Part shown: positions 16,042 to 27,378 of the stretch, one piece after another
How positions within the stretch are numbered: position 1 is the stretch's first letter
How the letters are laid out: each line of letters begins with the position of its first letter
Origin: Lysobacterales bacterium
GTDB lineage: Bacteria; Pseudomonadota; Gammaproteobacteria; Xanthomonadales; BPKI01
Reading direction: 5' to 3'
Assembly: GCA_033582715.1 (NCBI GenBank)
Contig: JAVQZZ010000001.1
Span: 1,708,627-1,772,626 of the forward strand
Length of the DNA stretch: 64,000 nt
Notes under the pieces: generated by a model
Seen by the model: only the letters and a program-made list of their open reading frames with translations
The model's database searches: none
What the model was told of the DNA's origin: nothing
Made by a program: the position numbers and the translations under genes

Positions 16042-16773
16042 GTGGCGCTGGTCACCGGGGGCACGGGAGGCATCGGCACCGCGATCTGCGAGCGGCTCGC
16101 CCGCGCCGGGCATCGGGTGGCGACCAACTACCGCAGCGAGGAGAAGGCCCGCGCCTGGCAGCAGGCGATGCGCGAGCCGCGGCATCGAGGTCCTGGCCGT
16201 GCCGGGCGACGTCTCCGATCCCAAGTCGGCGGCGGGCGATGGTTCGCGCCGTGGAGGCGGCGCTCGGGCCGGTGGAGATCCTGGTCAACAACGCCGGAAT
16301 CACCCGCGACGCCGTGTTCCACAAGATGAGCTACGAGCAGTGGAGCGAGGTCATCCGCACCAACCTCGACTCCTGCTTCAACGTCACCCGGCGCGGTGAT
16401 CGAGGGCATGCGGGAGCGGCGCTGGGGGCGGATCGTCCAGATCAGCTCGGTCAACGGCCAGAAGGGCCAGTACGGGCAGGCGAACTACGCCGCGGCCAAG
16501 GCGGGGATGCACGGCTTCACCATCTCGCTGGCGCAGGAGAACGCCAAGCTGGGGATCACCGTGAACACGGTGTCGCCGGGCTACGTCGCCACCGAGATGG
16601 TGATGGCCGTCCCCGAGCACATCCGCGAGAAGATCCTGCAGCAGATCCCGACGGGCCGCTTCGGCACGCCCGAGGAGATCGCCGCGGTCGTCGCCTTCCT
16701 CGTCAGCGAGGAGGCGGCCTGGATCACCGGCGCCAACATCGCCATCAACGGCGGCCAGTACATGGGCTGGTGA
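16042..16773 (+). CDS. phaB: acetoacetyl-CoA reductase (PhaB-type SDR), about three apparent frameshifts (near 16178, 16237, 16392)
   Basis: ALVTGGTGGIGTAICERLARAGHRVATNYRSEEKARAWQQAM, GIEVLAVPGDVSDPKS, MVRAVEAALGPVEILVNNAGITRDAVFHKMSYEQWSEVIRTNLDSCFNVTR and IEGMRERRWGRIVQISSVNGQKGQYGQANYAAAKAGMHGFT...NGGQYMGW are spread over three frames. Confidence 0.85.
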
Positions 16774-17247
16774 ATGGCCGCGCCGCGCATCATCAAGAAG
16801 TATCCCAACCGGCGACTCTACGACACCGCCATCTCGAGCTACATCACCCTCGAGGACGTGCGCCAGCTGGTGCTCGACGGCGAGGACTTCGAGGTCCGCG
16901 ACGCCAAGACCGGAGAGGATCTCACGCGCTCGGTCCTGCTGCAGATCATCGCCGAGCACGAGGAGCGCGGCGCGCCGCTGTTCTCGACGCGGCTGCTCTC
17001 CCAGCTCATCCGCTTCTACGGCGACTCGCTGCAGGGCTTCATGGGCAGCTACCTGGAGCGTGCGATGCAGACCTTCCTCGAGCAGCAGCAGCAGTTCCGG
17101 AGCCAGCTCGGCAAGCTCATGGGCCAGACGCCGATGGCGCTGATCAACGAGATGACCGAGCGCAACCTCGAGGCCTGGCGGCGGTTCCAGGAGACCCTGC
17201 TCGGAGCGGGGCGGGGCAAGAGCGGAAAGCGCGAACGGCAGGAGTGA
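16774..17247 (+). CDS. phaR: polyhydroxyalkanoate synthesis repressor PhaR
   Basis: 157 aa intact. IIKKYPNRRLYDTAISSYITLEDVRQLV is the PhaR N-terminal DNA-binding signature. The ATG immediately follows the phaB stop (TGAATG). Confidence 0.93.
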   Translation: MAAPRIIKKYPNRRLYDTAISSYITLEDVRQLVLDGEDFEVRDAKTGEDLTRSVLLQIIAEHEERGAPLFSTRLLSQLIRFYGDSLQGFMGSYLERAMQTFLEQQQQFRSQLGKLMGQTPMALINEMTERNLEAWRRFQETLLGAGRGKSGKRERQE

Positions 17248-17261
17248 GGCCGTCGTTCGGC

Positions 17262-17290
17262 TTGACAGCGCCGCCCTCGCGGCCTAGATT
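17262..17290 (+). promoter_or_regulatory. near-consensus sigma70 promoter upstream of the second phaB
   Basis: TTGACA (17262..17267), exact 17-nt spacer, TAGATT (17285..17290). Conspicuous in a ~72% GC background. Followed by the inverted repeat GCGCCG-N7-CGGCGC at 17294..17312. Confidence 0.5.
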
Positions 17291-17356
17291 CCGGCGCCGT
17301 TTTTTGCGGCGCAGCAGGGTCGCGCCACGCGCCCGTGCGCCGGTCGGGAGGCGAAG

Positions 17357-18107
17357 ATGGACGGCAAGCGCGTAGCCCTCGTCACGGGCGGCATCGGCGG
17401 CCTCGGCACCGCGATCTGCCGCGCCTTGGCGCAGGCCGGCCGGCGCGTGGTGGCGGCCGATCTCGGACACCGCCCGGAACGGATCGCGGCGTTCCAGGCG
17501 GCGGTGGCCGACCTCGACGGCGCGGTCCGGTTCTACCCGGTCGACGTCGCCGACTTCGCCGACTGCCGCCGCCTGGTGGACGAGGTGACGGCCGAGCTCG
17601 GCCCGATCGACATCCTCGTCAATGCCGCCGGCATCACCCGCGACGTCACCCTGCGGAAGATGAGCCCGGAGCAGTGGTCGGAGGTGATCCGGGTCAATCT
17701 CGAGGGGGTCTTCAACCTCACCCGGCACGTCGTCGAGGGCATGTGCGAGCGCGGCTTCGGTCGCATCGTGAACATCTCCTCGGTGAACGGCCAGACCGGC
17801 CAGTTCGGGCAGACGAACTACGCCGCCGCCAAGGCCGGCATGCATGGCTTCACGATGGCGCTGGCGCGGGAGGTGGCGCGCAAGGGCGTGACCGTCAACT
17901 CGGTCTCTCCCGGGTACTGTCGCACGCAGCTCGGTGATGTCGATCCCGGAGGCCATACGCCAGCGGATCGTGGAATCGATCCCGGTGGGACGCCTCGGCG
18001 AACCCGAGGAGGTGGCGCGAGCGGTGGTCTTCCTCACCGACGACGGCGCCGGCTACATCACGGGCGCCAACCTGCCGGTCAACGGCGGGTACTACATGAG
18101 CTTCTGA
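17357..18107 (+). CDS. second acetoacetyl-CoA reductase-like SDR (PhaB paralogue), one apparent frameshift near 17925
   Basis: MDGKRVALVTGGIGGLGTAICRAL...NAAGITRDVTLRKMSPEQWSEVIRVNLEGVFNLTR...RIVNISSVNGQTGQFGQTNYAAAKAGMHGFTMALAREVA...SPGY. The tail IPEAIRQRIVESIPVGRLGEPEEVARAVVFLTDDGAGYITGANLPVNGGYYMSF is in the next frame. Confidence 0.85.
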
Positions 18108-18199
18108 GGCAGCGCTCCGACCCCGTTGCGCTCGCGATCCGCTTGCGGCACCGTGAGCCCGTGAGTCCGCCGCCCGAACGCCCGCGTCGAGGAGCCGGC

Positions 18200-18769
18200 A
18201 TGCGCCAGCTCGGCCTGTTCCTGCTGAACTTCCTGCGGCACCCGCTCTCGGTGGGGACCTTCGCGCCGAGCTCGCCGTTCCTCGTGCGCCGCCTGCTCGC
18301 CGCCGTCGACCCGTCGCGGGTGCGGGTGGCGATCGAGTACGGGCCCGGCGTCGGCACGATCACCGAGGCGCTGCTCGGCCACCTGCCGCCCGACGCGCGC
18401 CTGCTCGCGATCGAGACCAACCGCGACTTCTGCCGCTACCTCGCGCGGCATCTCCCGGACGAGCGACTGATCGTCGCCCACGGCTCGGCGGAGTCGGTGC
18501 TGGAGCTGATGGCCGAGCACGGCCTGCCGGCGGCGGACCTCATCCTCTCCGGCATCCCCTTCACCACCCTGCCCCCGGCGCTGCGCGAGCGCATCCTCCA
18601 CCGCACCGTCGCGGCCCTCCAGCCGGGAGGGCGATTCCTCGTCTACCAGTACACCCGCGCCGTCGAGGGCCCGCTCCGCGAGCGCTTCGCTTCCGTGACG
18701 CGGAGCGTGGAGTGGCGCAACGCCTGGCCGATGCAGCTCTTCGTCTGCGAGCGGCCGCTCGCCTCCTGA
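18200..18769 (+). CDS. class I SAM-dependent methyltransferase (COG3963 phospholipid N-methyltransferase-like)
   Basis: Last 189 aa of listed ORF 17357..18769 +, from ATG 18200: MRQLGLFLLNFLRHPLSVGTFAPSSPFLVRRLL...VAIEYGPGVGTITEALL...LLAIETNRDF. Confidence 0.7.
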   Translation: MRQLGLFLLNFLRHPLSVGTFAPSSPFLVRRLLAAVDPSRVRVAIEYGPGVGTITEALLGHLPPDARLLAIETNRDFCRYLARHLPDERLIVAHGSAESVLELMAEHGLPAADLILSGIPFTTLPPALRERILHRTVAALQPGGRFLVYQYTRAVEGPLRERFASVTRSVEWRNAWPMQLFVCERPLAS

Positions 18770-18776
18770 GCGCGCC

Positions 18777-21153
18777 TCAGGCGCGTCCCGCCACCGCCGC
18801 CCCGGTCTCCGCTGCCGCGCCGCGCGCCGGCGCCGCGGCGGCGGTCGGCGTCTGGGCCTCGCCCTCGCGGCGCTTGCGCAGGCGCACGAGGATGGCGTCC
18901 AGCGCCCGGTTCACCAGGGCCGTCTCCTCGAGGATCACCGCCCGCTGGCGATGGAGCTCCTCGGCGAGCTCGCGCGCGGTCTTCTCGGCCACCTTGAGGC
19001 CGTTGCGGTTGACGAACAGGTACAGGGCGCGGATGGTGCTGATCCAGAGCAGCTTCGCGCGCTCGCGGGTGCCGTCGTCCTTGAGGAACTCGAACCACGT
19101 TCCCGGCCTTGAGCTGCTTGGTCACCTCAAGCCACTGCCGCATGGCGTCGTCGAGCTCGCGCGCCGCGTCACCCTCGCCGCTCTGCGGCCTCCTCCGCCT
19201 CGTGCTCGGCATCGCCCGCCCCGCCCCCGGCCGAGGTCGCCGGTCGCTGCGCCGCGCCGAACTGCACCGAGAGATCCTCCAGGGAGACCTGGACCGCAGG
19301 CGTCGTGTCGTTCGACTCGATCGCCTCGATGTGATGGTCGATGATCTGGGCGAGCCCTTCCCAGATCGCATCGATGTCCTGCTCGTGCATGCCGGTGGCG
19401 GCGAGACCCTTGCGCAGGGTCCACTCCAGGGCCGGCCGCATGCTGCGCAGCCGCTCGCGGTCGGCCGCCGTCTTCGGCGGCTGCACCACGGCGATGACCT
19501 GGTCGATGAAGTTCTCCGCCGCCTGCCACTCTTCGGACTCCTCGCCATGACGGAGGTAGACGAAGGCGAGGTAGTTCATCCAGCGCTCGGTCAGCAGCGC
19601 CCGCACCTTCTCCGGGAGCAGCCGCCCCGAGAGGCGCCGGCGCAGCGCGCGCGTGGCCATGCGCTGCGCGAGCTCGAGGCGCTCGCGTCCCGCGCGCCGC
19701 CTCGGCGGCGCGCCGCTCCGCGGCCTCGGCGCGCTTCCGGTGCTGCTCGAGGAAGCTTCTCGAACTCCCGGTCCAGCCGCTCGAAGACCCCGAGATCGTC
19801 CTCGAACTCGCGCAGCACCGTGTTCACCGTCTCGCGGATGCGCTCGAGCAGCCGCTGGTCCTTGTCGGCGTCCGGCGACCAGCCGATCGCCGCCTGCGAC
19901 ATGCGGTCGAGCAGCCGCCGCGCCGGATGCTGCGGATTGGCGAGGAAATCGGAATCGAGCAGCGCGACCTTGAGATAGGGGATCTGGAGCCTGGCCAAGC
20001 TGCGCCTGCACCGGCGGAGCGAGATTGCGGTCCTGCACCGCATACTCGAAGACCATCCCGACCAGGTCGAGGGTGTCCTCGCTGCGGCCGAGCTCGGCGA
20101 CGCGGCGGCCGCGCTCGTCGATCCCGCCGACCCGGGCGAGCAGGGCGTCCTTGAACCTGCCGACCTGCGCCGGGATCGGGCGGTACCGGCCTCCTCGTGC
20201 ACGCGCGAAGTGAGCTCGGCCTGCATCGCGGTCAGCGCCGCGAGGATGTCCTCGTCCCGCACCTGCCGCATCGGAGCCGCACCGCCTGGAGGCGGACGAG
20301 CATCTGGCGGCGCTCCTGCGCGAGCAGGGAGCGGAGCTCGTCGACGACCTCGAGGATCCTGACCCGCGTGTCCTCGACCGTCGGGCTGGAGCCGAGGGCT
20401 CACCCTCCGTCCTGCGCTCGCGGCGCTCCTCTTCGGCCCGCCGCGGCGCGGCGCTCTCCCTGCGGATGATCTCGTGCCGGATCTCGGGGAGCACGCCGGC
20501 CTTGGCCAGGGCGTTGTTCACCTGGTCGATCAAGCCCCTCGAGCGCTCCCGAGCACCTCGCGCTCGAAGTGCTTGAGGACGATGAGGCGCACCTCGAGCG
20601 TGACGTCGAGCACCTCGGTGGCCTCGATGAAGCACTCGCTGAGCCGCCGCGGTCCCATGGGATTGCGCGCATGGTCCACCTGGTCGCGCGCGCCGATCAG
20701 CGCGCCGAAGCGCTGGTTCAGCGCCCACAGCGCCCGCCCATGCTGGCCCTCGATCCGGCCCGCCATGCTGTTCAGGGCGACGATCAGCTCCATCTCGCGC
20801 TCGTCGACCAGGGACAGCGCCCGGGGACGGTCGTCGCCGGCGGCCGCGAGCAGGCGCCGATTGCGGAAGTCCTCGAAGCCCTGGCGCGTCAGCCGCAGGA
20901 ACTCCTGGGTGATCGGCTGGCGCTTGCGGCGAATCTCCCGCATGCCGTGGAAGAAGTCGCCCTGGGACTGGGCACTGGTGCGCTCGGCGAGATCGAAGAG
21001 CGCGTCGTCGATGGTGTCGAAGACCCGTCCGAGCGGGGCCTCGAGCTGCTGCAGGAGATGACCCTCGATCTGCGCCAGCAGACGCTCCGAGGATCGCGAC
21101 AGCGGGGGGACGGCGCTCATGGGATCACCCGCCGGGCTTGTGCCTTGCGACAA
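18777..21153 (-). CDS. DUF1631-family protein (~790 aa), at least seven apparent frameshifts
   Basis: N-terminus (ORF 20530..21153) reads ...LLAQIEGHLLQQLEAPLGRVFDTIDDALFDLAERTSAQSQGDFFHGMREIRRKRQ. Later conserved blocks, scattered over three frames: LQIPYLKVALLDSDFLANPQHPARRLLDRM, LLPEKVRALLTERWMNYLAFVYLRHGEES, WFEFLKDDGTRERAKLLWISTIRALYLFVNRNGLKVAEKTARELAEEL. The family call rests on recollection of DUF1631 proteins. Confidence 0.6.
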
Positions 21154-21238
21154 GTGTAACGGCCAGCCCTGGTCGCGCCTAGACCCTCAGGCGTCCCAGA
21201 ATGACCAGATACGTCACATTTTGACGTTCGAAGGGCAC

Positions 21239-22336
21239 TCAGGCGCGGCCGCCGCGGGCGACGCGCTCGGTCTCCTTCCCCTCCTGCAGCCACCGGTCGA
21301 TGCCCGGCGCGACCTCGCGCTGGGCCCTGGCCGAGACGTAGATTCCGATGTGGCCGCCGCGGAAGGCGAGCTCGGTGTAGTCGCGGCTTCCGACCACCCG
21401 CGCGAGCGCCCGCGAAGCCTCCGGCGGCACCAGGTGGTCCTGGGTGGCGTACACGTTCAGTACCGGCTGGGTGATCCGCCCGAGATCCACGCGCTCGCCG
21501 CCGATCTCGACCTCGCCCCTGACCAGCTTGTTCTGCTGGTAGAAGTCGCGGATGAACTGGCGGAAGGCCTCGCCGGCCTGGTCCGGCGAGTCGAAGATCC
21601 ACTTCTCCATCCGCAGGAAGTTGGCGAGCTCCGCGGGGTCGTCGAGGATGTCGGCAAGGCCGACGTACTTCTGCAGATTGAGGCGGTAGGGCTTGAGCGT
21701 GAGGTAGAAGAAGTTCATCAGGTCCGCCGGCACGTTGCCGAGGGTGTCGACGAACAGGTCGACGTCCAGCTCCCGGGTCCAGTGCGAGAGCAGGTTGTCC
21801 GGGGTGTGGAAGTCCACCGGCGTGACCATGGTGACGAGGCGCCGCACGCGCGTCGGGCGCAGCGCCGTGTAGCACAGGCTGAAGGTCCCGCCCTGGCAGA
21901 TGCCGAGCAGGTCGATCGCCTCGAGGCCGTGGCGCTCCGCGACCACGCGCGCGCAGCGGTCGAGGTAGCCGAGGATGTAGTCCTCGAGCCCGAGCAGGCG
22001 GTCCGACGGATCCGGGTAGCCCCAATCGACCAGGTAGATCTCGTAGCCCTGCGCGAGCAGGTTGCGCACCAGGGAGCGGTCCTCCTGGAGGTCGACCATG
22101 TAGGGCCGGTTGACCAGGGCGTAGACGATCAGCAGCGGCACGCGGTGGCGCGCCGGGGTGTCGCGCCGGAAGCGGTAGAGCACCAGCTTGTCCTCGCGCC
22201 AGACCGCCTCCCGCGGCGTGCAGCCGACCTCGACCGGCCCCAGCCCCGCGAGGTGCCGCAGGCCGAGGCCGATGCGATGCGCGAACTGGGCCGCCTCGCG
22301 CACGATCTGGTCGGGTGTGATGTCGATGGCCCGCAT
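21239..22336 (-). CDS. phaC: class III poly(R)-hydroxyalkanoate synthase, catalytic subunit PhaC
   Basis: 365 aa intact. The size and lipase-box-like GICQGG are typical of class III PhaC (Allochromatium type). Directly preceded by phaE. Confidence 0.9.
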   Translation of the reverse strand: MRAIDITPDQIVREAAQFAHRIGLGLRHLAGLGPVEVGCTPREAVWREDKLVLYRFRRDTPARHRVPLLIVYALVNRPYMVDLQEDRSLVRNLLAQGYEIYLVDWGYPDPSDRLLGLEDYILGYLDRCARVVAERHGLEAIDLLGICQGGTFSLCYTALRPTRVRRLVTMVTPVDFHTPDNLLSHWTRELDVDLFVDTLGNVPADLMNFFYLTLKPYRLNLQKYVGLADILDDPAELANFLRMEKWIFDSPDQAGEAFRQFIRDFYQQNKLVRGEVEIGGERVDLGRITQPVLNVYATQDHLVPPEASRALARVVGSRDYTELAFRGGHIGIYVSARAQREVAPGIDRWLQEGKETERVARGGRA

Positions 22337-22339
22337 GAC

Positions 22340-23391
22340 TCAGGACTCCCTCCGCCGCGCGGAGCGCCCGCGCGCGCTGCGGTTGGTGGGTGGCGGCTCG
22401 CCGCCGCGGCTTCGCCGCCGCGGCCGGGGCGGCCGCGGACCCGTTCCCGCCGCCACTCGACCGGCGGGCGGCAGCCGGGCCTCGACGGCCCGCAGCCGCT
22501 CGCCAAGCGCCTTCAGCTTGCGCAGGCACGCCGTCGAGCTCGGAGCGGGTCGGAATGCCGAGCGCGCGCGAGGCGAGCTCGATTTCCTGCTGCAGGAGCT
22601 GGCGCAGCCGCATCTGGGCGTTCACGAGCGCGCCGTAGACCGCGCGGAACTCCGGCAGCGCCGCGATCTCGGCGAAGCCCTCCTCGCCGGCATCGACCCA
22701 GAGGTCGAAGAGCTCGCGTCCGCTGCGCACCGGATTGTTGTTCTCCGCCCGCTCGGCGAGACGCTCCTCGAAGCGCTCGAGGCCCCGCTGGACCGCGCGC
22801 GCGACCAGCGCCTGGTAGCGGGCCTGCGCCTCGCCGAGCGCCAAGCGCGGCACGGCCCAGCGCCTGGCGGCGTTCCTGATGCTCGCGCAGCAGCCCGAGC
22901 GGCTGGATCGACAGCCAGCGCTCGAGCTCGCCGCGCGCGCTTCCCCACAGCGCCGACTGCAGCGCCGCGACCGGCTGCAGGCCACGCTCGAGATCGGCGA
23001 GGCGATCGGCGGACCACGCCGCGAGCCAGCCGGCCGGGTCGGGCAGCGCCGCCCGGAACAGGTCCTGGACGAGCCCCGCGATCGCGGCGGGCTCGGAGGC
23101 CTCGCCCGCGGCCGAGCGCTCCGCCAGCCGCTGCAGCAGGCCGAGAAAGGCGCGCGAGCGGGCGAGCACGCGCTCGACGGTCGCGCCGAGCTCCTCCTGC
23201 GGCTGGTAGAGGCGGCACCAGAGCTCGAGGCCCTCGTGCCAGGGCAGCGTGCCATTGCCCGCCCGCGCCGCCACCGCGTCCTCGGCGGCCGGCGTCGCGC
23301 GAGCGAGCAGCTCACGCAGCGACTCCCAGAAGCCGCGCTGCAGCTCCTGCCACTTCTCGAGCCAATCCGGCCCGCCGCCCTGCTCCGCCAT
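22340..23391 (-). CDS. phaE: class III PHA synthase subunit PhaE, two apparent frameshifts (near 22855 and 22535)
   Basis: MAEQGGGPDWLEKWQELQRGFWESL..., then NPVRSGRELFDLWVDAGEEGFAEIAALPEFRAVYGALVNAQMRLRQLLQQEIELASRALGIPTRSELDG, then LRKLKALGERLRAVEARL in three frames. The stop is 3 nt before the phaC ATG. Confidence 0.8.
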
Positions 23392-23489
23392 CGCCGCGCT
23401 CTCCCCGCGAAAGGATGCGCCATTCTAGGCGATGCTGCAGAGCAGCAAAAGGGACTCCGGCGCTCCTCCCGCCGTGCCGCGCGCGGGGC

Positions 23490-25626
<2,137 letters not shown>

Positions 25627-25651
25627 CGCGGCACCCTCCCCGGCGGCGATC

Positions 25652-25921
25652 TCAGCGTCGGATGCCGAGACGCTCGATCAGCGTCTGGTAGCGCTGCTGA
25701 TCGCGCCGCCGGAGATAGTTGAGCAGCCGCCGGCGCTGGTGCACCAGCTTGAGCAGGCCGCGCCGCGAGTGGTGGTCCTTGCGGTGGGTCTCGAAGTGCT
25801 TGGTCAGGTGCTCGATGCGGGCCGAGAGCAGCGCCACCTGCACCTCGGGCGAGCCCGTGTCTCCGGGCGCGCGCTGGAAGTCGCTGATGATCCGGCTGAT
25901 CTGTTCGGAGCTCAAGGACAT
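25652..25921 (-). CDS. rpsO: 30S ribosomal protein S15
   Basis: 89 aa intact, ...[20 protein letters not shown]... Confidence 0.97.
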   Translation of the reverse strand: MSLSSEQISRIISDFQRAPGDTGSPEVQVALLSARIEHLTKHFETHRKDHHSRRGLLKLVHQRRRLLNYLRRRDQQRYQTLIERLGIRR

Positions 25922-26000
25922 GAATCGCGGTTCCTGTTCGGGTTCGGGCGGCGGGCGGCCCGCGCCGCCTTCTCGGCATGGCGTCGACTCTGCAAACTCG

Positions 26001-26978
26001 CTATTCTAGGCCTTCGCCTCGCTCCGCCGACAAGGCAAAGCCCTCCGCCGGACTCGACCAGCAGGCGGCGGATGCCGACGCCGCGCGGGAGACGCCTCCA
26101 GCAGGGCGAGCGCGCCTCCCTGCTCGTCCACCGCGAGCGCGAGCCGCGCCGGGCTCGATCCCAGCGGCACGCCGCCGGGGGCGCGGCCGTGGCGCAGGGC
26201 CGCCGCCTGGCGCGCGTCCAGCACGCACCCGCGGCAGCTCCGGGAGCGCCGCCGCGATCGGCAGCAGCAGCCGCGTGCAAGGCCTCCCGGCCCCTCCGCC
26301 GCCCCGATCGCCTCGAGCCGCTCCGGGCGCGAAGGCCGCGTCCACCGTGAAGGGCCCGACCTCGAGCCGCCTGAGCGCCGCGAGATGTGCCCGGCAGCCG
26401 AGCGCTCGCCCGAGATCGCGGGCCAGCGCCCGCACGTAGAACCCGGGCCCGCAGACCACCTCGAGCTCGACCAGTTCGGGTGCCGGCCGCGAGCGCAGCT
26501 CCAGCGCGAAGGCCTCGACCTCGCGCGGCTCCAGGACCGGCGCCTCGCCGCGGCGCGCGCGGCGATAGAGCGGCTCCCCGTCCCGCTTGAGCGCCGACCA
26601 CAGCGGCGGAACCTGACGGATCCGCCCGCGGAAGGCCCCGAGCGCCTCCGCGAGCGCCTCGTCCGAGGGCATCGCGCCCTCGCCGAAGGCCACCGCCTCG
26701 CCCTCGCGGTCGTCGGTGGTGGTCTCGATCCCCAGTCGCAGCAGCGCGCGATAGCGCTTCCGCCCGCCCGCCACCAGCGAGGCGACTCGCGTGGCGAGCC
26801 CGAAGCACACCGGCAGCAGGCCGCTGGCCAGCGGATCGAGGGTGCCGCAGTGCCCCGCGCGCTCCGCCCCGAACAGCCGCCGCACCCGCTGCAGGACCTG
26901 GTTGGAACTCGGTCCCTCGGGCTTGTCGAGCAGCAGCAGGCCGTCGACGGCGGCGCCACGACCGTGCCGGCGGATCAC
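26001..26978 (-). CDS. truB: tRNA pseudouridine(55) synthase TruB, at least four apparent frameshifts in the C-terminal third; true stop uncertain
   Basis: [48 protein letters not shown] carries the catalytic Asp motif. The C-terminal PUA-like part alternates between the frames of ORFs 26001, 26006 and 25912. Confidence 0.85.
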   Translation of the reverse strand: MIRRHGRGAAVDGLLLLDKPEGPSSNQVLQRVRRLFGAERAGHCGTLDPLASGLLPVCFGLATRVASLVAGGRKRYRALLRLGIETTTDDREGEAVAFGEGAMPSDEALAEALGAFRGRIRQVPPLWSALKRDGEPLYRRARRGEAPVLEPREVEAFALELRSRPAPELVELEVVCGPGFYVRALARDLGRALGCRAHLAALRRLEVGPFTVDAAFAPGAARGDRGGGGAGRPCTRLLLPIAAALPELPRVRAGRAPGGGPAPRPRPRRRAAGIEPGAARARGGRAGRRARPAGGVSRAASASAACWSSPAEGFALSAERGEGLE

Positions 26979-27340
26979 GCGTCGTCTCCGTCGCCGCGCC
27001 CCCGGCGCAGCAGTGCCTCGATCCGCGCCCCCCGGTCGAGGGACTCGTCGTAGAGGAAGCTCAGCGACGGCACCGACCGCAGGCGGAGGGCGCGCGCCAG
27101 GCGCTGCCGCATCTCGCGCGCGAGTCCGTTGAGCACCGCCAGCGCCGCGGGCCCGTCCTCCGGCCGGCTGGTCACCACGAACACCTTGGCGTGAGCCAGG
27201 TCGCGGCTGAGCTCGACGTCCGAAACGCTCACCGAAGGCAGGCCGAGGCGGCGCACCGCCTCGTGGACGAGCAGCCCGAGCTCGCGCCGCAGCTGCGCGG
27301 CGACGCGATCGGACCGCTCGAAGGAGCGATGACTGGCCAT
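26975..27340 (-). CDS. rbfA: ribosome-binding factor A
   Basis: Last 121 aa of listed ORF 26975..29944 -: MASHRSFERSDRVAAQLRRELGLLVHEAV...VSDVELSRDLAHAKVFV. ATG at 27340. Confidence 0.9.
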   Translation of the reverse strand: MASHRSFERSDRVAAQLRRELGLLVHEAVRRLGLPSVSVSDVELSRDLAHAKVFVVTSRPEDGPAALAVLNGLAREMRQRLARALRLRSVPSLSFLYDESLDRGARIEALLRRGRGDGDDA

Positions 27341-27378
27341 CCGGCTCGCGGACCTCGGCACGTCGCGCCGCGCGGCGC

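Noticed and set aside
23392-23489. Possible terminator after pnp (GGGA...TCCC followed by TTTT) in the pnp-phaE spacer
   Set aside because: The stem is only about 4 bp with a long loop and a short T-run. That is too weak to call from sequence alone.
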